Under the pieces are notes generated by a model that did not search any database, was not told the DNA's origin, and was given only the letters and a program-made list of their open reading frames with translations. DNA of 64,000 bases from Ruditapes philippinarum. Lineage: Eukaryota. How positions within the stretch are numbered: the first letter of the stretch is position 1; each line of letters begins with the position of its first letter. Positions 41,310-53,110 of the stretch are shown here, piece by piece. The position numbers and the translations under genes were made by a program. The stretch lies in the NCBI RefSeq assembly GCF_026571515.1, contig NW_026854096.1, positions 310,001 to 374,000 on the forward strand. The letters run 5' to 3'.

Positions 41310-41371
<62 letters not shown>

Positions 41372-42253
41372 AAATTGTCTATCATATTTCAGGGCAAGGC
41401 GTTTAGTCATGAAGATTATATTCCGAGGCCTGTTGTTGTAAAGGGTATGAGGTACTTCTGTGGAAATAAAGATGACTTTGAAATGTATAAACTTTGCAAC
41501 GAACAAAGCCGGAAAATAGCCATTCAATTCAATAAGCTGTCCACAACCTTTTCTAGCAAGGTAAATCTATATTTTACGAATTATTTCAACAAATTTCTAA
41601 TAAGTGATTGTTGTTAAAGATTAAATATTTAAGATTGATATTGTTTATTTCAAAACGTTATGCACAATTCATGCCATAGAAGCATTTCTTTAAAATGGCA
41701 ATATACATATCCATTCAAAGTTAAAAGGATTTACAATATTTTATGTACGAGAAATGCTAACATTAGACATTTAATAAAAATTATAATTGGAAATCACATA
41801 GTTTAATCTTTTAAAAATGCATGTACATTTCAGCTACGTTTTGTTGTCCCTGCTGTTACACAAATTGACACTAGATCTGGCGTAACCTTCGGCAAGAAGT
41901 TTAAGAAAGATGAATCTGTGGCCTTTGAGGAAAAACTTGAAGGAAATTTTACCACTTTTATTGACAAGAGGGGAAATACCTATTGTTTGATTTTGGAGGC
42001 ATTCAGCCACTTTTCTTTTGTCATTTCGGAAGGAAATTTTGTAATTTGTGGTCTGAAAGGTGTTTATAGAAAGGACAAATCAGAATTCATCCTAACCAAC
42101 CCGACAATACATTCGAGAGAAGGTAAATTTGGTCCGAAAGACAAGCGAGATCCGGGAATAAGAGATGTTACGGATAACCATACTTGCAATAAGTTTTGCC
42201 AAATGTTTTTAAATAAACCATCAAAAATTACCAATGGACCAGACGAGATTTGA
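39798..42253 (+). CDS. Alpha-kinase-fold protein 3 (predicted pseudokinase), 239 aa, 3 coding exons
   Basis: Exons 39798-39929, 41393-41560 and 41834-42253; GT-AG introns at the same positions as the paralogs; ICGLKGV, LTNPTIHS, HTCNKFC. Confidence 0.9.
40845..41370. mobile_element. Hairpin MITE-like element bounded by (GATA)n and (TATC)n
   Basis: ~170-bp inverted arms (~40918-41087 and ~41139-41306) around a ~50-bp loop; (GATA)n on the left and (TATC)n on the right. Confidence 0.85.
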
Positions 42254-44283
42254 ATGAATCAATTACAGCTTAAATCTTCATAGTAAGAGGTTTTATCTTA
42301 ATATGGAATGTTATTTTCCACCAGTACCCACAGGAGGGTAATCATCATACATCAGTGAAGAAGTTATGCACACTGTTGAAAAGCCTGAAAACTTCATTTT
42401 GTACATAAAATGTAGTCAAGTGCTAAAAACATCATACTGATTAATATGCACACATGGGCAGTCTTTGAAAAGAGACAAATCGCATTTAACTAATCACCTA
42501 TGTATAATCATCTTGTTGGTTTGGCTAGCGTTAAAGTTTAGACGGTGTTTAAGAGGGAGATGTCTGAGTAGACAGTGGTATTAAGTTAGATGAAGCTAGT
42601 TTGGGAGGTGAGACATAGTCGTGGCTATGAGAAAAGAGAAACGAAACAATTTCTTCATGATATTTTATTTTCTTTTTTCCAAAGGACATTGGCGGATTAT
42701 TTCAGTTGAAAAAGGTGCAGTTGTTTCAGGAGAAACACATTGTTTTCACAAATTATATACATGTACTTATCTTATCAAATAGCACACAGTATTGTTAAGC
42801 TTTATAGAGTTTGGAAAGAAATATAATGAATGAAAACTATACATTTCTCCTTAATTACTCATACCTTTTTATACCTTTATAATATAGTAATTGACCCGTT
42901 CGTTCTTCCGTGTACGAGGTCCCTAAACTTGCAAGTTGGATATATCTGAAGTTCTACCTCAATCTGACTAAAGATTGAACCTTCTTATGTTTACAGTCCG
43001 ATTGGTTCTGCTTATTACCAATGGCTTCATAATTTATTATGTAGACAAAGTACACGATATTTCTAAGTTATTTTACTGTGTCATTCAATTTTCCCAATTA
43101 TATCCTTTCTATTACTTTGAAAATAAGAGCCTGGTTTGGTTAACATATTCGTCATAAATTTGATTAATTTTTGAATATTTTTAACTTCATCAAATATTAA
43201 TGACGTGCAAACATTGTTATAAAAAACTGTCAAAATCAGTCAGTAATCGTACAAAACATGTAAATTTTTACTTAAATCTTTAATCGTTTTACATTTCGTA
43301 ATATCTACTCTAAGAACATTTTTCTCAAGTTGTTTTCCCCTTGAAATACTTTGGCTCATCTTGAGTCATTCAGCTTTTGTTATTGGCCCCCTTGACGAAC
43401 TTTATAAAGATATTCTATAATGAAATTTAAAGAAAATGACACTTCAAGTGTTACAATTAATGATCATACCGGGCTTTCAAAAGCAATATTCTGAATGTAT
43501 AAATAGCGCCTGTCTAGCCGTTTGAAATAAAGATAGAAAATAAGAAGTAGTTATTAATGACTAAGTTCATATAACTGTTTATATTTCACTTTTATGAACC
43601 GGATATTATCAACAATTATTGTAAAAGCAGCGGATATATTGAAATATAATAATTAGAAGTACACACAAATGTAATTATTTTTTAAATATACATCTTGACT
43701 TTATATACTTCTTTGATTACACAGTGCGCCCTAATTCATTCACTTGACAAATCACCCACGACAGAAATTGCTTGACAACCAAACTATTTGTTATCCCATG
43801 TTTTCAAAGTTTTATATTTAGTACAAGTTGACAAATGTTATTTAAAGTATCGAATCATTGGTTTTAGGTTATGTTTAGCAACCTAAAAATGTCATTTAAT
43901 TTTACGGCTTTAACTGCAATATTTGGTATTTCTGACAATAAATCAAAAAAGTAAAAATCATACTAGAGATATGCCGACTGAACGATCGCGAATCACTAAC
44001 CTAAATATACAATGATATCTTGTAACATTTTTTCCTATTCCAAATATGGCAATTTTCCTGTTATCACAGATGTTTATTTTAAAAAATTACGCACAAAAAG
44101 TCGGCAGTATTTTTAAAATGAGATTTTGTGCGAGGTCATGGCAATATAATATTATACCGTTCTAAAAATACATTTTTCCTATTATATTAAAAACATGGTA
44201 ATGTTCCTGTAACCCCGGAAGTTGTTTTTTTAAATTGTTTTTTGTTGTTATAAATGACGTACGAAAGTCAATGAGAATTCTAG

Positions 44284-44381
44284 TGTGTGTGCGTGTGCGT
44301 TGGTGTGTTGGTGTGTGTGTGTGTGTGTGCGTGTGTGCGTGCGTGCTTGCGTGCGTGCGTGCGTGCGTGCGTATGTGTGTG
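44284..44381. repeat. (GT)n/(GCGT)n microsatellite
   Basis: Direct inspection. Confidence 0.9.
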
Positions 44382-44499
44382 TATTCCCGTTTATCTATAC
44401 TGGCCATCGGTTGCCCATATGGCCGAGTCCTCCAGAAGATTAGTTGTAATTTCAGATTCTTGGAGGATAGTGCAATGATCCACTTCCAGAAGCTTCTCC

Positions 44500-44662
44500 T
44501 GGTTCTTTAGCGTGCCAAGTGTTTAAGCACACATACACAGGACCTCGTTTTAAAGTCTCATCCGAAAGACTGATTAGTAATTTTAGTTGGGCAGCCCGGG
44601 AATCGAATCCACAATGTCGAGATTTCAAGTCTCGAGCTCTAACCGATTGTGCTATGCAGGCT
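44500..44662 (-). mobile_element. tRNA-derived SINE
   Basis: Minus strand GCCTGCATAGCACAATCGGTTAGAGC (A-box) ... GGATTCGATTCCC (B-box) followed by non-tRNA body. Confidence 0.65.
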
Positions 44663-47600
44663 GGCAGAATTCTAGAGAGGACATGACAACGATTTATATA
44701 CAAAAAATGCACAACATGTGTTCTCTTGCTCAAATATGCATTGACTTAAGACATTTAATAATAATAATAATAATACACATATGGTTTTATGTTTATTTGC
44801 CCTGACGATTATAGAAACCGGTAAGAAATAAATTAAATTGAGAAAATCCAGTTAATTTCAGTTATTTTTTTATATATTTTTTTTCTTGTTCCGGCACTTT
44901 TTATCATTTTACACATTTATATATAAAAAGAAAAGAAAAAGGAAAAGATGGTTCAGATAATTGAGTATCTTATAAGAAACTATAAAAGCATACCAAAAAA
45001 AAAAAAAAAAAAATGAAAAAGATTTTTAGAAATAAAATAAAAGTTTTTGTATACGGACAATCTAATCGTTCGATATTTACGATGACGAAGGACTGGCTGG
45101 GATTCTGTTCATTACTGGTGCGAACATTTTGCGCATACGTAATTTGCCTCATTTTAAGCACTTGTTTTCCATTAAACTATTTTCAACAAATGTTCTACGT
45201 TTTCTTTCTGTTTAAAATCATGTGAATTGTACTTCATACTTTAAACGAGCCGTCAAGACTTTTTATCACCCAGATAAAATGCTTTGTCATTTATTTACAA
45301 AAGAAAACCAATCATGATATCTTATAAACACATAATTTCCTGTACGTATTGTTAAATTAAAACGAAACTTAAAACCACACAAATACCCACCGAGATGTTA
45401 ATAAAATAATTTAACAAACAGTCGATGGAGAATGTTCTAAATTAATGAGCACTTGTTCAAATTCTCTTTATTCATGAACAAATAAAGTTGAGAGAAATAT
45501 TTAATTAATTCACTTTAATTCACGAAGGCTGATTGAAAAGAAATAAACTTTACATAGCTGGGAGACTTATTGTTTTATTGTCCTAATCAAACACTTACAC
45601 TGCACCGTTACACTCATTCAGGCAATATTGCAGAGATACTTAGTTCTCGTTGTTTTACGTTCAACCATGATGTTATTCAAAGCCGGGACAAAGTATGTCC
45701 CGACATGAAGTGGAAAGAAATATTTTACGAATGGGAAACACCTAATAAAGCTCTTCAGTACATGATTCAAAACTAAATGATCCGTCTTTGTAAAATGATA
45801 GTTTTGCTGCCCTACTTCGCAATAAATGCAGATAACTGTATACGTGAAAATAAGTTCGTATATGACAAAATATCGTTAAAGTATAGATTATGTGTATTTT
45901 CGACTGATTTAAAGTGTGATGTTTAACCGGGGAAAATTAAAAAAAGTAATGTTTCTGAATGTCACATAATTTCATTGGAATAGTATATTAAGAGTTTCGA
46001 TTGGTTATTATAAATAATTTATTTGATAGTAAAAGGTTATTACGGTCTCTCCGCCTTTTAAATACTTTACAGCATTCTGCTATAGGAGGATAGGGAGTTT
46101 ATGACCTACGTAATTGTCAACAAGTCTAAACGAAACAATTTGATTTTGAAGTTGAAAGTATATCCCTGTGTAACAACGGCCCAGTGAAAGCCATGCTGAA
46201 ACCGAGGTAAATGACATTTGGCCACCGGTATAGAGCCGACTTTACTATATTAATAGCCATTTTTTGTATATTGGTACTAAAATTCCTATAACTTTAAATG
46301 GTCTGTAAAAACAAAGCTTGACAAAGTCATTACCTAATTGTAACAAGTGAAAGGTGTTCAGCTACAAAGGACAAATAACAGGTCCAAGTAGCTCTTATGA
46401 GCCATGTTTGTCCAGCGCCGCCATTCAAACCATCAATCGCTTTTAGAAAATTAGCATTCTTTCATACTCTACAGAGAATCGTTTTGGATAGGGTCATTTC
46501 TTTCCCTCTCTCGTTTTAAATGTTGAAATAACCTTTAGAAGTTTAGATTGTTTTGGTTAAATATCTACTTCTGAGAACCAAATTTGTTTTGTTTAAATAT
46601 ATTGATAAAACTTACTCGTGTGACAAAACAACATAAGAAAGTTGACAATTTCTTCTAAAAAAATAAAGATTTGAATAATAAAAAATTTAGAACACAATTG
46701 TTTTGATGTATAATAACTTTATTTAGATATGGAGTGAAAAAATATCATATTTTTATTTTTTCCCAATAACTATTATTTCTAAACACTTTCGACACTCGAC
46801 ATTAATAGCATATGACTAAATGCTCGATTAGAACATACACGAATAGAACGTGCATTTAATTAAATTCTGCATCTCGAATTTAACGGGCTTCATGATTTTT
46901 TATTTGAATTAAGCCTTTGCGCTGCGTACATTATGTGATTATTTAAAAGTGAAAATGATTCTAGAAATGGTTGAATCTAACAGGAGCATTGAAATAGAAA
47001 AAATGGGGGTGGGGGTATGGGATTACAGATTCTGTGTTTTTAAGTTTGAACATCGGAGATAATGGGTGATGCAACATTTGTAACGCCCCCCACCCCCACC
47101 CCCCAGCACCGACGTAAACAGTACAGGACATTATTTTACGGCTGCATTACACCAGTCCTACTATTGTGAGAAAAAAATATCATCAAATGTAAAAAGGTTC
47201 GCAAGTGCACAAATTGCAGTTAATTTTACTGTAACATTATGACATTTCGATATTTTTTCAAAAAGCGATTGAAAAAAAGAAACGCTACATTTTCAGATCA
47301 TTCTTTTTATTAATCATTATTGGTTTATCAGCAATAAATATCGAAAGTGAACAGATATGTTTTATTTGTGATATTTATGTAGTTTTAAGCTGTCGAAAAC
47401 AACAAAAATTAATGCAAAATATATATTAAGTAAGAAATCATGCACGTGCAATGTAATGCATATGACTGACGCTGATATTATATCTATCCTCGGTAATTAT
47501 AAACCGCGACAAGGAATACATATTGAGGGAAAGCACAACTGGTAAAATTATATGAAACTTAATCTTTTCCCTTTAGATATCGTTATTTGTGCATTATCTA

Positions 47601-49693
47601 ATGGTTTATTTTTGTAGTTCGAAATGGTATACATTTTTTTCCCGTATTAAAAAGATAAAAGCCCTATCATGTTAAGAATTACAATGAATATGTCAAATAT
47701 GCAAATATGCATAGCTTATCAAATAACAAAATTACCTCTTATCATTTTAATTACTTTCCTTATCCTTTTTTATTTCTATAAATATAATTTTACCTGCATA
47801 ACGAGAAAACTTCTTTCAAAAAGACATGACTTGTTGATTTAAATAGATTTTTTGTAAAACGCAGTGAAATAATTAGTTGTCATTTGTAATTTATTTTCAT
47901 AAAATCAAGAGGTTTAGAGTAATATATAAATTGACAACTGCATAAAAATAATTTTCCAGTTTTCAGAGTGATGTATATCTACTAAAACATTATATTTTCA
48001 GGTCAAGCATTTTAGTTTTTGAAACATCAAATAATAATTATTATAAAAAAATGGCATAGTGTAAAGCAAGCATATATATCCGGGCTCCTAGGCGTTGGTT
48101 ATATGGCTAAAATGCCGTTAATATATGGCCATATAACTTGTCAAAGGTTTTTTTAACCAATTTAAAGAAATAATGCAAAAATGCTGTCTGTCATTAAGAT
48201 GGAAATTTAATCATTATTTTGCATTAGTGTACATGTATATAGAAAATAAAAACGTCACTACTAAGTATTATCCAACGAAAATCGATGTTTCAAACGTGCA
48301 GTATTATAAATCATTATTTTTTCTTTTGTCGGTTGCTTATGTTTGCCTTCAGAAACAATTATTTTGATAAAAAAGATTGAAAATTTATTGCTGGGTTGTC
48401 ATATTTCATGACCGGAATGACCTGGGGTAAAATGAGACCGGATTACTTTATTCTTGAAAGAATTAAATGGTTTAATAAAAAAAGATAAGCGTTTATTTAT
48501 CTACTTCTTTCTAAAACATTAATAAAGATTTTGACTCCACAAGAAAATGTTCAAGTAATTTATCCAATTTTTAAGTACTTTGTATCTTATTTATTTCAAG
48601 GTTTATCCCTTTTTCTGTATGAAGATTGTCCAGTAATTCAATATTCAATACAACCGCAAAAAACTATTACATTATTCTATTTTAAGAACCATGAGCTGTA
48701 TGTATTTACAGATATAATATACGTATATTTCGCAAATCACTTGTGATACACTCTGGTTGCTCCTGTCCCATTTTGATAACAACTGAACAAACAAGAGGGG
48801 GGAAAAGAAGAAAGATAACACATACCATGTTATGATTTTTTTCTCTGTTAATCGCCTTTGGTACAAACAAAACTTTTATACTGTTTTTTTTCAGAATAGT
48901 TTTCCTTGAATTAACAATGGATAGGTTCAGTGTCAACGGAGGACACGTTCATTACATAAATATATTGATTTTTATGGGTTTTATTTACTTATTTATTTTT
49001 ATTTTTTGGTCGCACCAATTATGTCATGAAGTGTAATAGGTGGTCCACTCAGAGGGGAAAATATAATTTTGAAGTGAATTGAACGAACATAACTGAGATT
49101 TGATATTGTTTTTTTTATTTCTGTAAAACATACATGTACAAATCAAGAAATGAGCATATAGAAATAACAATACAGATAAAAATTAAATTATTTTTAAATT
49201 AAAGCATGTAGTTGCATGTACATATATTTGTATAGGCGGGGGATGAACGATAATGTATATATCGAACACAATATGTTGTAAATTAAATAATTGTTAAATA
49301 CATTAGGAAAAAATAGGATTTCTATTCAATGTCAAAAGGTTACATTGAATAAAAAGAAGATATTGTTTGTATACAGAAAGAACAACAACTGTACACTCAT
49401 GCTAGTTAATGTGGAGAACCGATCTCTTACTTTTGTTCAGTTATAGGGGATTGTTTTTGCTAAATATTCGAAAGCAAGGTCCCTTTCTATCGCCCCCTAC
49501 CTACCATCCAACCACTGCACCCAGACTAAAATGGATGCGACTACACTCATTGCCAAGAATGCATAGATTTACACAATATATGTACATTTGCATTTCATAT
49601 ATTCTTACTACGAGATCACGTAAGTCAATTTTAAATCTTGAGATCAAGCTCAAAACTGAGAAACATAACATTGACCGGAGATTGCAGAAGATG

Positions 49694-51875
49694 TCACGTG
49701 TTACCATCGCACGTGGTGTAAGAAGGCGGGCCAAATCTGTCCGACAATGAATATTCTGGCGGACGAACAGGTTCTCTGTCACAGTTGTGACGTTCAATGA
49801 GCGCGTGTTTCTCGTTGGTAAATACATCTTCATTGTTTACCTCACTTTGTTTAGAATTTTCATCGTTTAATTTCTTACTCCCATGAATGTTGACTGGTTT
49901 TGCAAAGCTTTGGCAAAATGCATTGCAGGTGTGGTTCACGAAAAAGGTATTAATCCCTTCGTCACGTTTGTCCTTATCGCCATAGCGACCGTCACGTGAG
50001 TGAATTGTGGGATTGCTCAGTTTGTACTCATCACCTTTTGCAATACCTTTAAGGTTACAAACCACTAAATTTCCTTCGGATTCGTGGTATGTGAAATGAC
50101 AAAAGGCGTCTAAAACATCAGGGCCATTACCGGTTGTATGTCCACTTGAATTGACAAATGTTTTGAAATCACCGTTTAGAAATTCTTCAAATAGCACAAC
50201 TTCGTCTTCCCCGAATGTTTTATCAAAACGCATGAGAATTCGCATGAATAGCATAACATATGACGTAGTGTCCATGACCACATCTATTGGTTTCATTACG
50301 TTAATCTGTAAATAAAGAGTTTTACGTTCAATTTCCACCTGACAGAAATTATAACGCCGTATATTTTTAATTTCAATTTAATATTTTATAAACAAATCAT
50401 ATTTAAATTATATTTGATCGGACGCAATTGTTAATAAGTTTGGTATTATAATCTAAGTTTGGTTTTCATTGGATAATAACAATAACAATAATAATAATAA
50501 GTAGGGATGGCAACGAGTAACCGGTTAACCGAGTACTCGATCGAACGTCCGAATATCGGTTAACAAAATTGATATTCGATTACTCGGAAAAAATGTATAA
50601 TTTCTATTTTATTTGCTATTTAGACAGTTTGGTGTATCCAATTAGTTCAGAAATTCAGAGATGTGCATATACCTTCATAAATACCTGTTAAATGCAATCA
50701 CAACTTCCTTGCATAGGTGCGAAAATGATACTATAAATTTAATGAGGCGATCAACAGTTTGACACGCGCACATGTGTCGCTTACGTCATCCGGCCTCTTA
50801 TGATATTTAGTAACCTTTAATTTTGTAACACAGCGCAGTTTGTACCCGAATCTTGTTTAAACGTAACATTTTTGAAAACAACAAAGGGCCGTATTGCTAT
50901 TATGATATAATAATTAAAGTAGTATTTAGATCATTGGAAATCGTCCGAGTAACCGAGTACTCGATCGGAAAAATGACCGAGTACTCGAGTATTGATTTTG
51001 GTATTCGTTGCCATCCTTAATAATAAGAATAATAATAATAAGAAGAAGAAGAAGTAACAACCAAAAACAAAACCCACAACCGCCAACAGAACAGCAAAAA
51101 CTTAACAGTTTTTAGGAGACGTTGTAATACATATTAAAAATCTAGTAGACCTACTTTATTGCCTTACCTTTTGTGTAAAAAATGTTCCATATTTGAATAT
51201 TTTTAATTAAATGGCCGGTTTATACGGAACCTCTTTCGTTGAGTTCTGCTGTATATTTAATTTTGTTTTGTTGAACCCATGATGCATAAATATGTCTAAC
51301 CTTTGTATCGCATGTCTTCTTTGCTAATATTTTGTTGAATGTTGCCGCCATTCTCCTTGTGACGTCACAGCGTTCTTTGTATGGTATCCAATCACTTGCT
51401 GTGCCTTCCCGATGCCGAAACGCCTTAAGAACAACCATAGTACCGTTGGTATAGTAAATCCTGTGATAAGCCATTCCCTGGGGAAAAAAACAATCGTGAA
51501 AATAGAATTAAGACTTTAAATCATTCTGTTAATACATTTAAAGTTTTAAAGAAACACATTTTTCTGAAACTCCTTTTCTATATATCATATGAATGTTTAT
51601 TGTCATAACAACATCTGTCTAATCAATATGATAATGAAAACAAAAACAAACGTAAAAAGAACACACCCACGCACATTCACACGCTTACACCTACATACAC
51701 GCAAGCACGAACGAACGCACGTACGTATTCGTGCACTCACAATCCTTAAACAGCCTACCTTAAAACCATAACATGTTTTCCCTGTCCATTCAGGGTAAAG
51801 TTCAAATGTTACCCAGTGAGTCAAGTTATGCTTCCAAGGTCTTGAAGATAGTGTCGTATTGGTCGTTCCCATCAT
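49694..51875 (-). CDS. Alpha-kinase-fold protein 4 (predicted pseudokinase with PPxY tail), ~301 aa, 3 coding exons
   Basis: Exons 51875-51759, 51477-51301 and 50305-49694, phase-0 GT-AG introns. VVLKAF, FEEFLNGDF, AFCHFTY, VCNLKGI, LSNPTIHS, HTCNAFC; tail PPEY..PPSY. Confidence 0.9.
50502..51019. mobile_element. hAT-type MITE in intron 2 of alpha-kinase gene 4
   Basis: TIRs TAGGGATGGCAACGA...TCGTTGCCATCCTTA; 8-bp TSD ATAATAAG (50494-50501, 51020-51027); subterminal CCGAGTACTCGA repeats. Confidence 0.92.
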
Positions 51876-52067
51876 GTACTTTATTATCTGTGGTAGTTTA
51901 TGTATGTTGATGTCTGGAGTAAAAAAAAATCTTAAATAAAATCAAACACATATCATAGCACTGATTAGTGATACCGGAAGTTTGTTAAAAGTTATGTCAT
52001 AAAATTGTATCTTGATATAGTATATCCCAATGTAATAATGGCGGAAAGAAATAGATTTTGCTTTGGC

Positions 52068-52328
52068 NNNNNNNNNNNNNNNNNNNNNNNNNNNNNNNNN
52101 NNNNNNNNNNNNNNNNNNNNNNNNNNNNNNNNNNNNNNNNNNNNNNNNNNNNNNNNNNNNNNNNNNNNNNNNNNNNNNNNNNNNNNNNNNNNNNNNNNNN
52201 NNNNNNNNNNNNNNNNNNNNNNNNNNNNNNNNNNNNNNNNNNNNNNNNNNNNNNNNNNNNNNNNNNNNNNNNNNNNNNNNNNNNNNNNNNNNNNNNNNNN
52301 NNNNNNNNNNNNNNNNNNNNNNNNNNNN
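52068..52328. other. Assembly gap (261 N)
   Basis: Run of N. Confidence 1.
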
Positions 52329-52934
52329 ATAAAACTATACAGACATACTTTTAAAATCCGAAAAAGTATTCTGTTTTCAAACTGAGAAATCGATAAGTAT
52401 TTTTATTTTCAAAATCCACTCACATTAAGAATATATATTTCTACTGTCACACAAAAACACACATTTCACGTAATCAAAATAACTAAAACTCTGCCTGTAT
52501 TACTTATACACCGTTGTCAAATTTTAATCTTTTTCTTTCTTACTTTAATTTTATTTTTCTCATACTAATGTACCTGAGAGGGTGCTCTACTGCAGATAAA
52601 TTTTATAATTTTTTGTACTATATACATGTAGTATGTTTATGATGTATAAATATAGACTTTATTCGAAATTTGGAAAACCACCAAATCATCGGAAAGTTTT
52701 GACATCCCGGGTCAAAGTTCAGCAATCGCAAGTTTCATGCTTACGCACGTTCACCGACTTTACAGATATTACCCCTAGAGTAATGAGAAATTTAAATAGG
52801 GTTTAAAAAGAGAATATTAATAATACGAGATAAGCAAATAGGTTATTGTTCGGAAGTAAAATATGAAATGTACCCTAGTTAAAAAACACAATGATATACA
52901 AAATATATTGATTGAACAGACTGATGGGGGGGGG

Positions 52935-53110
52935 GGTCTTTGGTCGAGAGTGGTTAAGATCGTTGCCTAAAAACGCTATCGGTTCGAATCCCCTGCTACT
53001 CACGAAACGTCGCTGGTTCTACTCAGTGACTGGTGCCTGAAATAAGTCTGAGGTTTTCCTCCACCAGTTAAGCTCGTCATATGACCATTACAATGTTTTA
53101 AAGTCTAAAA
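52935..53110 (+). mobile_element. Degenerate tRNA-derived SINE
   Basis: TGGTCGAGAGTGGTTAAG A-box and GGTTCGAATCCC B-box, followed by GAGGTTTTCCTCCACCA body. Confidence 0.6.

Noticed and set aside
44162-44510. HT/VC-rich ORFs
   Set aside because: Translations of a (GT)n/(GCGT)n microsatellite.
44589-44662. Possible tRNA gene (also 52935-52995 and 56139-56205)
   Set aside because: A and B boxes are present but the cloverleaf stems are degenerate and SINE-like bodies follow; treated as SINE heads.
52005-52385. Poly-X ORFs
   Set aside because: Artefacts of the N gap.
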